A stretch of 64,000 nt of DNA from an uncultured Akkermansia sp. (GTDB taxonomy: Bacteria > Verrucomicrobiota > Verrucomicrobiia > Verrucomicrobiales > Akkermansiaceae), in assembly GCA_944390825.1 (NCBI GenBank), contig CALXRG010000007.1:35245-99244 (forward strand), in the 5' to 3' direction. The position numbers were made by a program, and so were the translations under genes. The notes under the pieces were generated by a model that saw only the letters and a program-made list of their open reading frames with translations, did not search any database and was not told the DNA's origin. Below, in pieces: positions 9,843 to 21,201 of the stretch (position 1 is the first letter of the stretch; each line of letters opens with the position of its first letter).

Positions 9843-9848
9843 GCCGTC

Positions 9849-9877
9849 ATGCTACCATGTTGCCCCGGTCTTGGCAA
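9849..9877 (-). promoter_or_regulatory. sigma70-like promoter of lpxB (leaderless type)
   Basis: Minus strand TTGCCA-17-TAGCAT with TGG extended -10; 6 nt to the ATG. Confidence 0.7.
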
Positions 9878-9992
9878 GTTCAGATTGTCAGCCGGTCCGG
9901 AGGACGGATTGCCAGCTGATACCACCGAATCATCCATGTGGCAGGCTCCGGGATGGCGCAGCAGCTTTTTCACTTCCTGACGTGGATTAGAC

Positions 9993-10021
9993 TTCACGCC
10001 CGGACAAAAAAAGGATATAGT
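9993..10021 (+). promoter_or_regulatory. sigma70-like promoter of the TPM-domain protein (leaderless type)
   Basis: TTCACG-17-TATAGT; GTG at 10029 is 7 nt downstream. Confidence 0.6.
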
Positions 10022-10028
10022 GGTGCGC

Positions 10029-12188
10029 GTGCCGATTTGCCCCAAATGTTCTGCGACCATCCACGCGGGAGCTGCGGCCGGGTGTCCGGCCTGCGGTTAC
10101 AGCCTGACGCGTGCTGACGAGATATTCGGCCGCGGGCAGGTGGAGTTTACACGGGTGCTGGATGCGGCAGGTGCGCTGACGCACCAGGAGCGTCTGGAGC
10201 TTATGTCCTGTCTGGCCAACCTGGAGCGGCGCATTCCGCCTGTGGCGCTGGGTGTTTATATCACGGATGATGGGCATTTGGAGGACTTCCGGACACACGC
10301 TCACTGGATTCTCAACCACGCGCACATCCACCATCCTTCGTTTGGCAAGCGCGAGCAGGCACGGGCCGTGGAGGATGCGGAAATCCGTGAATTGGCTCCC
10401 GGTGAACGCATCGTGCCGGAGCTGCCGCCGTCCCCTATCGAGAGGTTGTTCAAGAACATTGCGAACGCCTTCCGCGATTGGCTGCACCCGATTCCGCCGC
10501 CTGTGTCGCAGGAGTGGATGCTTATTCTCGTTCTGGACGTGCAGCTGGAGGTCGCCTGCTTCAGCTGGGGATACATGCTGGATCCCTATGTCAATCCCGA
10601 CAGCATCAACAGCTGCATCATCCGGGCACGACTGCGCTTCCGTGAGCGCGAGATGCTGGCCGGACTCAAATCTGTGATGCGTGCCGCGGTGAGCCAGATT
10701 GCTTCCGGCAGTCGGCGTGCAGCACGCAAAATCAGCCCGTACCTGGGCAGTGTGACGGCGACGCTTGCGGTGCTGTCGCTGGCTCTCTCGGTGCCGCTTG
10801 CGCAAGCCCGGCAGAATACCGGCGGCGCGGGGGGGACAGAAGCTGCTGCCGCCGGTGCGGAGGCGGATGCCATTGCGGTGGATCCGGAGGCCGAGGCGAT
10901 TGCTGTCGATCCGGAGGCGGATGCCATTGCTGTCGATCCGGAGGCCGAGGCGATTGCGGTGGATCCCGAAGCTGATGCCATTGCGGTGGATCCGGATGCT
11001 CCGGCGCCTTCCGTGACGCCCCTGCCTTCTCCTCTTCCCCCCTCCTTGGATTCGGCTGCGGTACCGGCTGACATCCCGTCTCCTGCTGCTCATTCTGCTG
11101 AAACGGCTGCTACTCATCCCGCCGGGGTGACTGGCGCGGTGGATACAGCTGGCGCGGCTGGGGCAACTGGCGCACCCGGAACGCCAGCCGTGCCGGCCGC
11201 TGATTCCCTGGCAACCCCGGCGGATTCCCCGCCAACTCCACCGGCTCCGACCAACGGCTATGCCCTGCCGGCGGACTGGACGGAACAGGACTACCGCATG
11301 CTGATGGCCGGTGAGATGCTCCAGGGGTATAACGCCCTGATGCCCCAACCCCGGGAAGAAAAAACGGCACCGCGTAAAACTTCCTCCACTACCGGCTCCA
11401 GAAAGAAGAGCCCCGAAAGCGACAAAATCGTACCGGCTCACTACACCCCGGCCTACACCCAGCCACCCGCCAACGGATTGATCGATCCCCAGCACCTGCT
11501 GAGCACAGCCGAGAGCAATGACGTCATCCATGTGCTGCGGCAAGCCAACGCCCATGCAAACTACCGCATTCATGTGGCACTCTTCAAGGCTGGTCAAAAC
11601 ATCCCTCCCGAGCTGTCGGCCACCAATCTCGTCACCTCCTCGTCAGAACCCTGCGTTTACACAGCACTGATCTGCTGCAACGTCGGAGACGCCAGGCAGG
11701 TTGAGCTGGGATACAGCGAAATCAAGCCCACGGATGAGCAGCGGCACCAGTGGTTACTGGCAGCCCGCACGGCAGCGGCGGCCTGCGGTGGTGGTGTAGA
11801 AAGCATCATTGCGGCGATTCATTCGGTGCAGTCCTCCATTGACCCCGTTTCCGGCAACTTCCACCCCATCACCCCCGGCGAGACGCACAAGCTCCCGCTG
11901 ATTCAGCTGCCTATGAAGCCTCAGGAGGACGGGCAGAAAATCGGCATCCGCGAAAAAATTGAACAATTTGTCACGGATGGTACGAACCAGACGCTTTTTG
12001 CTATCCTGGGCATGGTCCTGGCAACTGTTCTGGCTATTGCAGGCCTGTTTGCTCTGCGCAACCGCTCAGCCCGACTGCTGCGTTCGGAGCGTGACCTGCG
12101 CCTGGAATCCCCCTACGGCGCGGGTGTCAGCCGCCACGTCCGCTACCTGGAAGGCAAGGAAGCACCTAAGGAAAAAACGCTGTTCTGA
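10029..12188 (+). CDS. Membrane protein: N-terminal zinc ribbon, two TPM-like domains, central acidic/Pro repeat linker, C-terminal TM helix
   Basis: CPKC...CPAC; VLDAAGALTHQERLEL and LIDPQHLLSTAESNDV resemble TPM-domain starts; hydrophobic stretches near 10749-10808 and near the C-terminus. Confidence 0.65.
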   Translation: MPICPKCSATIHAGAAAGCPACGYSLTRADEIFGRGQVEFTRVLDAAGALTHQERLELMSCLANLERRIPPVALGVYITDDGHLEDFRTHAHWILNHAHIHHPSFGKREQARAVEDAEIRELAPGERIVPELPPSPIERLFKNIANAFRDWLHPIPPPVSQEWMLILVLDVQLEVACFSWGYMLDPYVNPDSINSCIIRARLRFREREMLAGLKSVMRAAVSQIASGSRRAARKISPYLGSVTATLAVLSLALSVPLAQARQNTGGAGGTEAAAAGAEADAIAVDPEAEAIAVDPEADAIAVDPEAEAIAVDPEADAIAVDPDAPAPSVTPLPSPLPPSLDSAAVPADIPSPAAHSAETAATHPAGVTGAVDTAGAAGATGAPGTPAVPAADSLATPADSPPTPPAPTNGYALPADWTEQDYRMLMAGEMLQGYNALMPQPREEKTAPRKTSSTTGSRKKSPESDKIVPAHYTPAYTQPPANGLIDPQHLLSTAESNDVIHVLRQANAHANYRIHVALFKAGQNIPPELSATNLVTSSSEPCVYTALICCNVGDARQVELGYSEIKPTDEQRHQWLLAARTAAAACGGGVESIIAAIHSVQSSIDPVSGNFHPITPGETHKLPLIQLPMKPQEDGQKIGIREKIEQFVTDGTNQTLFAILGMVLATVLAIAGLFALRNRSARLLRSERDLRLESPYGAGVSRHVRYLEGKEAPKEKTLF
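10860..10994 (+). repeat. 5 x 27-bp in-frame tandem repeat encoding EA(D/E)AIAVDP
   Basis: gaggcggatgccattgcggtggatccg and four variants differing mostly at synonymous sites. Confidence 0.95.
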
Positions 12189-12379
12189 TCCCGTCAGCGT
12201 ACGGTAGCCTCACCACGGAGCCATCGCTCAGCAGCACCGGGCACGCGAGGGGGGCTGTTTGCCGGGCAGGCATCGTACGCTGCACAGGCACCGTACAGGC
12301 GGCCTTTCCGGGCACCCCGTTTCCCCGGGTCCCGCGAGCGGGGCGAGGTATCCTGCTATGCTGCGGCTTTGCCTTCTGC

Positions 12380-13264
12380 TCAGGCCCGTTTGGCCTTCTT
12401 CTGGTGCCGACGGGACGCCAGAATCAACGCCAGCATCAGCAGGATACACACAGCACCGGCCGAGCCCAGAACGATGAATTTTTGCCTGACGGCGGCCGGA
12501 TCATCGCCGGTGGCTTTTAACGCCAGCGCGTTCACATTGCCATCAGCATCCGTAGAAATCGTTACGGTGCCAGTCTCGTCCGCGGTGAAGCTCCACTTGA
12601 CCAATGACCAGGCACCATTGCTGGAAGCCACGCGGTCATCGGTGTTGCGTTCGAAGGAAAGCAGCCTGTTATCCTGCAGTGCCGTTCGCGTGTTGGAAGC
12701 GCCGATGAGCTCCGACTTCAGATGGTCAGCTCCCGACAGACTGTAAGTGATGGCCTTATCAGCCGCCGGGACACTCCACGTCGTATTGCCTCGGCCGGTA
12801 AGCATGTAGAGCTCATACTCCTGCCCGGGCGTCAGGCCCCCGAGAGTCAGGGCAATGCTTTGTCCATTCAGGTGGGCGTTCAAGGCACCACCATACGTCG
12901 ATCCTGTCACCGTATCCTGACCGAACACCGTCTGGTATGAGCGTCCCTGCGCCGGCCTGAGACGCCGTGCCACGGTGCCTCTCGTTGCCGTCGCACCCTG
13001 ATTCACCCATGAAGTCACCCGTACATCCACGGTTTCGCCGGCAGTGTTGGACAACACCAGGTTGCCGGGTACGGCAAACCTTGCCTCGGCACACACTGCA
13101 TTCACTACGGCATTTGTCTGCCCCAGCACGCTTCCTTTGGCTGTGCCGTTTGCCGTTCCCTCACGCGTAAAGATGATTGCCACCACATCACCTTTGTCCA
13201 TGCTGTCAGCTGCCGAGACACCGGCAAGCATCCCGCACAATGCTGCAATGATCCACCCTTTCAT
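12380..13264 (-). CDS. Exported protein with signal peptide and C-terminal TM anchor plus basic tail
   Basis: MKGWIIAALCGMLAGVSAA signal; Gly/Thr/Asn-rich beta-type body; FIVLGSAGAVCILLMLALILASRRHQKKAKRA tail. Confidence 0.7.
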   Translation of the reverse strand: MKGWIIAALCGMLAGVSAADSMDKGDVVAIIFTREGTANGTAKGSVLGQTNAVVNAVCAEARFAVPGNLVLSNTAGETVDVRVTSWVNQGATATRGTVARRLRPAQGRSYQTVFGQDTVTGSTYGGALNAHLNGQSIALTLGGLTPGQEYELYMLTGRGNTTWSVPAADKAITYSLSGADHLKSELIGASNTRTALQDNRLLSFERNTDDRVASSNGAWSLVKWSFTADETGTVTISTDADGNVNALALKATGDDPAAVRQKFIVLGSAGAVCILLMLALILASRRHQKKAKRA

Positions 13265-13534
13265 AGCCAAGCTTGATATAAGTCGTTCAACGGAAATTCG
13301 GAGAAAAATAACGGGTCTGCACCCTATGCTGAGATTACCCGTGGCATGGCCAAAAGTCAAGAAGCATCCGCCGGGCCAGTGCATTTTTTTCGCGTTTAGC
13401 ACCAGGAACAACGCTGCGCACCACCCCGGCAACCACCGGGACCGGCTTCTCCCCATTCGCAATCAACACGCCGGGTATCCTTCGTCTGGCACCTGGCAGT
13501 CGCGTCTCGGGTCACAAAAGGGAGGACACAAAGA

Positions 13535-13560
13535 GGGAGGCTTGCCTCGGCAAGCCTCCC
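13535..13560 (-). terminator. Intrinsic terminator-like hairpin downstream of the EF-hand protein
   Basis: Perfect 12-bp inverted repeat GGGAGGCTTGCC-TC-GGCAAGCCTCCC followed on the minus strand by a T-rich stretch. Confidence 0.7.
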
Positions 13561-13584
13561 CCTGCGTGAGGATTGTCAACTGTC

Positions 13585-14682
13585 TTATGCCTCTGCCGGA
13601 GCGGCCTCGGGAGCGGGGGCCGGCGCAGCTTCGGGAGCAGGAGCAGCCTCGGGAGCGGGGGCCGGCGCAGCTTCGGGAGCGGGAGCAGCCTCAGGAGCAG
13701 GAGCCGGCGGCTGCGGACCGCGGGGACCACGGGGACCCTTCGGACCACGCGGCCCTTTCGGGGAGCGGTCGCCACGGGGACCTTCCGGGCGCATACCCGG
13801 CCCGAACGTAGCCCGCAGAGCCTCTTCGGCAGCCTGGCGATCAGCAAGCACAGCCTTCTGCTCCTCTTCGTCGATCTGGCCATCCTTGTTGGCGTCGTAC
13901 TTGGCCATGAAAGCGGCGCGATGGGCCTCAGCCGCAGCCTGGAACTCGGCTTTGCGAGCCTCACGGGCAGCCTGGCGCTCCGCCTTCTTAGCCTCCATGG
14001 CGGCTTTCTCTTCATCGCTCAGCTGTCCGTCGCCATCAGCATCCCAACGCTCAAGCATGCGCTGCTCAGCTGCCTCGCGGCGGGCCTCCTTCATGGCTTC
14101 ACGCTCTTCAGGACTCAACTGACCGTCCTTGTCAGCATCGAACTTGTCCATCATCCCGGGGCGGCCGGGCTTGCCATGCATACCGGGCTTACCGGGGCGA
14201 CCGGGTTTGCCATGCATGCCGAGCTGACCAGGGCGACCGGGTTTACGATGCATACCGGGCTTACCGGGGCAGCCGGGTCTGCCCTCCATAGCGGGGCGTA
14301 CAGGAGCCGCCATCGCAGGCATCGGGAACGTCGCCTGGAGAGCATCCATCGCAGCCTTGCGGTCGGCGAGCACCTGAGCGCGTTCCTGCTCGGAAAGCTG
14401 GCCATCCTTATCGGCGTCGTACTTCTCCAGGAAAGCCGCACGGTGAGCCTCACGGGCAGCTTGGCGCTCTGCCTTACCGGCTTCCCACGCGGCCTTCTCC
14501 TCCGGGCTGAGCTGGCCATCGCCATCGGTATCAGCCTTCTTCATGAAGTAGGGTTTGCGGGGGCCAGAGGGGCACTGGCAGGGCCCGCAGGCTGGAGCTC
14601 CTTCAGCCGGGGCAGGAGCCGAATCCTGGGCGACTACCGGCAGACCGGCAGCCATCAGAAGCATCAGAACAGTCTTTTTCAT
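13585..14682 (-). CDS. Secreted EF-hand Ca2+-binding protein with collagen-like Gly-X-Y segments and PAPEAA tail
   Basis: Signal peptide MKKTVLMLLMAAGLPVVA; five DxDxDGQ(L/I)xxxE loops; (G-X-Y)n runs; PAPEAA repeats. Confidence 0.85.
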   Translation of the reverse strand: MKKTVLMLLMAAGLPVVAQDSAPAPAEGAPACGPCQCPSGPRKPYFMKKADTDGDGQLSPEEKAAWEAGKAERQAAREAHRAAFLEKYDADKDGQLSEQERAQVLADRKAAMDALQATFPMPAMAAPVRPAMEGRPGCPGKPGMHRKPGRPGQLGMHGKPGRPGKPGMHGKPGRPGMMDKFDADKDGQLSPEEREAMKEARREAAEQRMLERWDADGDGQLSDEEKAAMEAKKAERQAAREARKAEFQAAAEAHRAAFMAKYDANKDGQIDEEEQKAVLADRQAAEEALRATFGPGMRPEGPRGDRSPKGPRGPKGPRGPRGPQPPAPAPEAAPAPEAAPAPAPEAAPAPEAAPAPAPEAAPAEA

Positions 14683-14867
14683 GGTACGAAATCGTGTTGT
14701 TTGTGGTGATTATGACAGGAACCAAGGGTTCCACACTCAGGAGAACGCAGCATGCTACGCGATTCTACAGAAAATCTGCAAAAAAATCAGAACAGCAAAA
14801 AAGCTCCGGAAGAAGTCCCGGGCGAACCCGAACGGACCTCCCCCGGAGCCGGACGTCCTTGCCAACA

Positions 14868-15131
14868 TCAACGCGGACGCGGCGCCTGGCCGGGATGCGC
14901 CAGCTCAGGCGGACGGTTGTCATGCTTGACTGGCTTGGGCGCGGGTTTAGGCTTGGGTTTCGGCGCAGGCTTGGGTTTGGGTGCGGGCTTGGGTCTGGGT
15001 GCCGGTTTCGGTGCCGGTTTGGCAGGTGCACGGTAGGGGGCCGGGGGCTCAGGAGCCCAGCGGTGGTGGTAATCGCCGAAGGCGCAGGAGGGGATCAGGC
15101 AGGCGAGAATAGCTATGATGGACAGTTTCAT
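14868..15131 (-). CDS. Small secreted Pro/Lys-rich protein
   Basis: Signal peptide MKLSIIAILACLIPSCAFG followed by PKPAPK repeats. Confidence 0.7.
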   Translation of the reverse strand: MKLSIIAILACLIPSCAFGDYHHRWAPEPPAPYRAPAKPAPKPAPRPKPAPKPKPAPKPKPKPAPKPVKHDNRPPELAHPGQAPRPR

Positions 15132-15266
15132 GGAGGAATATTTGGGTTAGGCGTTAATCAGACAAAAACGTCAGACAAAAAACAACTTGTGAGAAAACAA
15201 CATGGGGAAAGACCCGGATGACTCCGTCGGGAAAGAGCGCGGAAGCTCAACGCGGCGGACGGGCTA

Positions 15267-15554
15267 TCACCGGTGCTCGGGTGCATCGCCAGGCCGCTTC
15301 TCCGGCTGGTGGGGATTGGGCGCCGGCTGCGGCTTCTGAGCTTCGGGCCTATTCTCAGGCTTGGGCGACGGTTTCTGCTTAGGATGTTTTTCCGGCTTCG
15401 GCTCATGCATTGGCTCATGCTTCTTACCGGGGATGGCGGGAAGGTGCCGCGCCGGCGGTTCGGGGGCTTTCGGAGGCTGAGCATGGTCGGAATCATGCGC
15501 CATGACCGGCATGGCAACAAGGCAGGCAGCAATCAAATAAGCTATTTTTTTCAT
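15267..15554 (-). CDS. Small secreted Pro/His/Lys/Glu-rich protein
   Basis: Signal peptide MKKIAYLIAACLVAMPVMA followed by a low-complexity P/H/K/E-rich mature part. Confidence 0.7.
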   Translation of the reverse strand: MKKIAYLIAACLVAMPVMAHDSDHAQPPKAPEPPARHLPAIPGKKHEPMHEPKPEKHPKQKPSPKPENRPEAQKPQPAPNPHQPEKRPGDAPEHR

Positions 15555-15777
15555 GGTGTGATCTGTGGTTTGATGGTTACGGGGCAAGCCCCTTACATCC
15601 CAGAGAACGCACTCAATCGTTGTAATCTACAATTATATTCTAATTTTTGTATTTTATTGTATGGATACAAAAGAAAGATAAAGGTCCGCATGGCCAACGA
15701 GCGAGACGCGGGGATACCCTCCCCCGCCCAGCAACCCGCACTCACGCCCCGTGGCGGGAAAGCCCCACGCAACAGCA

Positions 15778-15811
15778 AAACCGCCTGCAGCACGTAGCTT
15801 GCAGGCGGTTT
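15778..15811 (-). terminator. Terminator-like hairpin downstream of carB
   Basis: 12-bp perfect inverted repeat AAACCGCCTGCA-10 nt-TGCAGGCGGTTT, ending in a T run on the minus strand. Confidence 0.65.
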
Positions 15812-15895
15812 GAAGTCAAAGGAAACACCGGCAGACCCGGGGCAGGCAAGCGCCAGAACGGCACCCGATCAACCAACCCGGCCGCTGGCTGCCGA

Positions 15896-19108
<3,213 letters not shown>

Positions 19109-19454
19109 GAGTTTGAGTGTAAACTTGCAGATATATGCCACACATCACCCGAAAAAGCAAGACAAATATACGGTTGCGTCCCGAAAATGCGACTGCATCA
19201 CGAAATACGTGGCCGCATCGCAAAATGCGCCATACTGCAGAACGCCATGCTGCAGAAGGTTCACCCCAAGCATGCCATCCGCCGCATAGCTCCAGCAGCT
19301 GCCGCCGGGCCTCTTCATCCGATCCTGTGTCCGTCCCCGCGCCCCTGCATCCGGTTTATACCCATCCCCTGCATCCGCCCCAGGCCCATCCCCTGCACCA
19401 GCCGTGAATCAACCGGAAACAGGCAGGAGAATCACCCCCTCCCGCACAATGAGC

Positions 19455-19483
19455 TGGACTTCACTCTAGAATTCACCTATACT
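19455..19483 (+). promoter_or_regulatory. sigma70-like promoter of the CoA-transferase
   Basis: TGGACT-17-TATACT; ATG 9 nt downstream. Confidence 0.7.
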
Positions 19484-19492
19484 GACGGCACC

Positions 19493-20974
19493 ATGCGATA
19501 TCCGACTCTCACGGCAGAAGAAGCAGCGGCCCTGATCCAGGATGGCGACTGCATCGGCATGAGCGGCTTCACGAACGCAGGAGCCCCGAAGGTACTGCCC
19601 ACCGCCATAGCCGAGCGCGCGAAGGCGGAACATGAAGCCGGGCGCCCGTTCAGGCTGACGGTCATGACCGGCGCCAGCACCAGCACCCTGGTAGACGGCG
19701 TGCTATCAGCCGCTGATTGTGTGGAGCGTTTCATGCCTTACCAGGCCAGCAAAGAAACCCGTGACGCCATCAACGCAGGGCGCATCAAATACATCGACTG
19801 CCACGTATCGCTCATGGCGCAGGATATGCGCTACGCCCACCTGCCGCAGGTCCGCACGGCCATCATTGAGGTGTGCGCGGTGACAGATGACGGCGAGCTC
19901 ACGCTGACAGCCAGCGGCGGCAACTCCCCTACCTTCTGCATGCTGGCTGATCGTATTATCCTGGAGCTCAACACCTACCACAAACCTGAAATCCGCGAGA
20001 TCCACGACATCTACGTACCGAAGGATCCGCCCAACCGGGGTGAAATCGCTGTCTATGCCGCCGACTCCCGCGTCGGCACCAAAACCCTCAAAGTAGACCC
20101 GGCCAAAATCGTCGGCGTTGTCTACACCCATACCAAAGACGGCATCCCGGGTTTCAAACCATCCACCGGCGCCACGGATATCATCGGCGAGCACATTGCT
20201 CAATTTCTGGCGGAAGAATACCGCCTTGGCCGCATCCCGGAGTGCTTCCTGCCCATACAGAGCGGCGTAGGCAACGTCGCCAACGCCGTGCTGAGCGCTC
20301 TGGCCCGCAACAAAGACATCCCGAACTTCAAGATGTACACCGAAGTCATCCAGGATTCGGCGATTGCACTGCTGCGCAGCGGGCGCTGCACCTTTGCGTC
20401 CGGCTGCTCCCTGTCGGTGTCCGACGACGTACTGGCTGAAATCTACGAGCACTTTGACTTATACAAAGACAAACTGCTGCTGCGGCCGCAGGAAGTCACC
20501 AACAACCCCGAAATGGCCCGCAACATTGGCCTCATCTGCACCAATACAGCTATCGAGGTCGATATCTTCGGCAACGTCAACTCCTCCCACTTCTTCGGCA
20601 CCACGATCATGAACGGCATCGGCGGCAGCGGCGATTTCGCCCGTGCCGCAGCCTACACGATTTTCATGTGCCCATCGACGGCCAAGGGTGGCGCCATCTC
20701 CTCCATCGTCCCGATGGTGAGCCACACCGATCACACAGAGCACGATGTCGCCATCGTTGTGACCGAACAGGGAGTGGCCGACCTGCGGGGAAAATGCCCG
20801 CGTGAACGCGCGGAGCTCATCATCGAGCACTGTGCCCACCCCGACTATCGCCCGCTGCTGCGCGAGTACCTGGCCCTCACGCCCACCGGCCATACGCCGC
20901 ACTGCCTGCGCAAAGCCTTCGAGATGCACACCACCTACCTTGAACAGGGGGATATGCGCCTGACCAAATTCTGA
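19493..20974 (+). CDS. Acetyl-CoA hydrolase/transferase family (succinate CoA-transferase-like)
   Basis: GMSGFT, IQSGVGN, EVDIFGNVNSS, NGIGGSGDF and IVPMVSHTDH motifs; the real start lies inside the 17381..20974 ORF. Confidence 0.92.
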   Translation: MRYPTLTAEEAAALIQDGDCIGMSGFTNAGAPKVLPTAIAERAKAEHEAGRPFRLTVMTGASTSTLVDGVLSAADCVERFMPYQASKETRDAINAGRIKYIDCHVSLMAQDMRYAHLPQVRTAIIEVCAVTDDGELTLTASGGNSPTFCMLADRIILELNTYHKPEIREIHDIYVPKDPPNRGEIAVYAADSRVGTKTLKVDPAKIVGVVYTHTKDGIPGFKPSTGATDIIGEHIAQFLAEEYRLGRIPECFLPIQSGVGNVANAVLSALARNKDIPNFKMYTEVIQDSAIALLRSGRCTFASGCSLSVSDDVLAEIYEHFDLYKDKLLLRPQEVTNNPEMARNIGLICTNTAIEVDIFGNVNSSHFFGTTIMNGIGGSGDFARAAAYTIFMCPSTAKGGAISSIVPMVSHTDHTEHDVAIVVTEQGVADLRGKCPRERAELIIEHCAHPDYRPLLREYLALTPTGHTPHCLRKAFEMHTTYLEQGDMRLTKF

Positions 20975-20980
20975 GGTGCT

Positions 20981-21040
20981 CAGCATCCTGCGCAGTCTGA
21001 GGCAATCAGGATCCTGCGCCGTCTGAAGCGATCAGGATAC
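20981..21040. repeat. Degenerate 26-bp tandem repeat (about 2.5 units) just after the stop codon
   Basis: cagcatcctgcgcagtctgaggcaat / caggatcctgcgccgtctgaagcgat / caggatac... Confidence 0.7.
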
Positions 21041-21148
21041 CGTGCAGCCGGAATACCGTGAGCAGCACAGGAGTATACGTACACATGTATCCCCGGCGCG
21101 ACCGGCGGGGAAATCACGGGTTTGGCGGCACCTGTGCGCAGTTCCCCC

Positions 21149-21177
21149 TTGACTTCAGGCATGGCTTCCCCTATAAA
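21149..21177 (+). promoter_or_regulatory. sigma70-like promoter of the large ankyrin gene
   Basis: TTGACT-17-TATAAA. Confidence 0.75.
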
Positions 21178-21201
21178 GGAAAAAGCCCCTTCTGATGGGG
21201 C

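Noticed and set aside
10860-10994. 27-bp repeats as a possible CRISPR array
   Set aside because: The repeats are contiguous with no spacers, in frame, and vary at synonymous positions; there are no cas genes.
9987-11597. 536-aa minus-strand ORF with RIHRNGI repeats
   Set aside because: It is the antisense reading of the EADAIAVDP repeat gene. The same applies to other long shadows such as 13573..14709, 2673..3848, 34684..36108 and 60544..61917.
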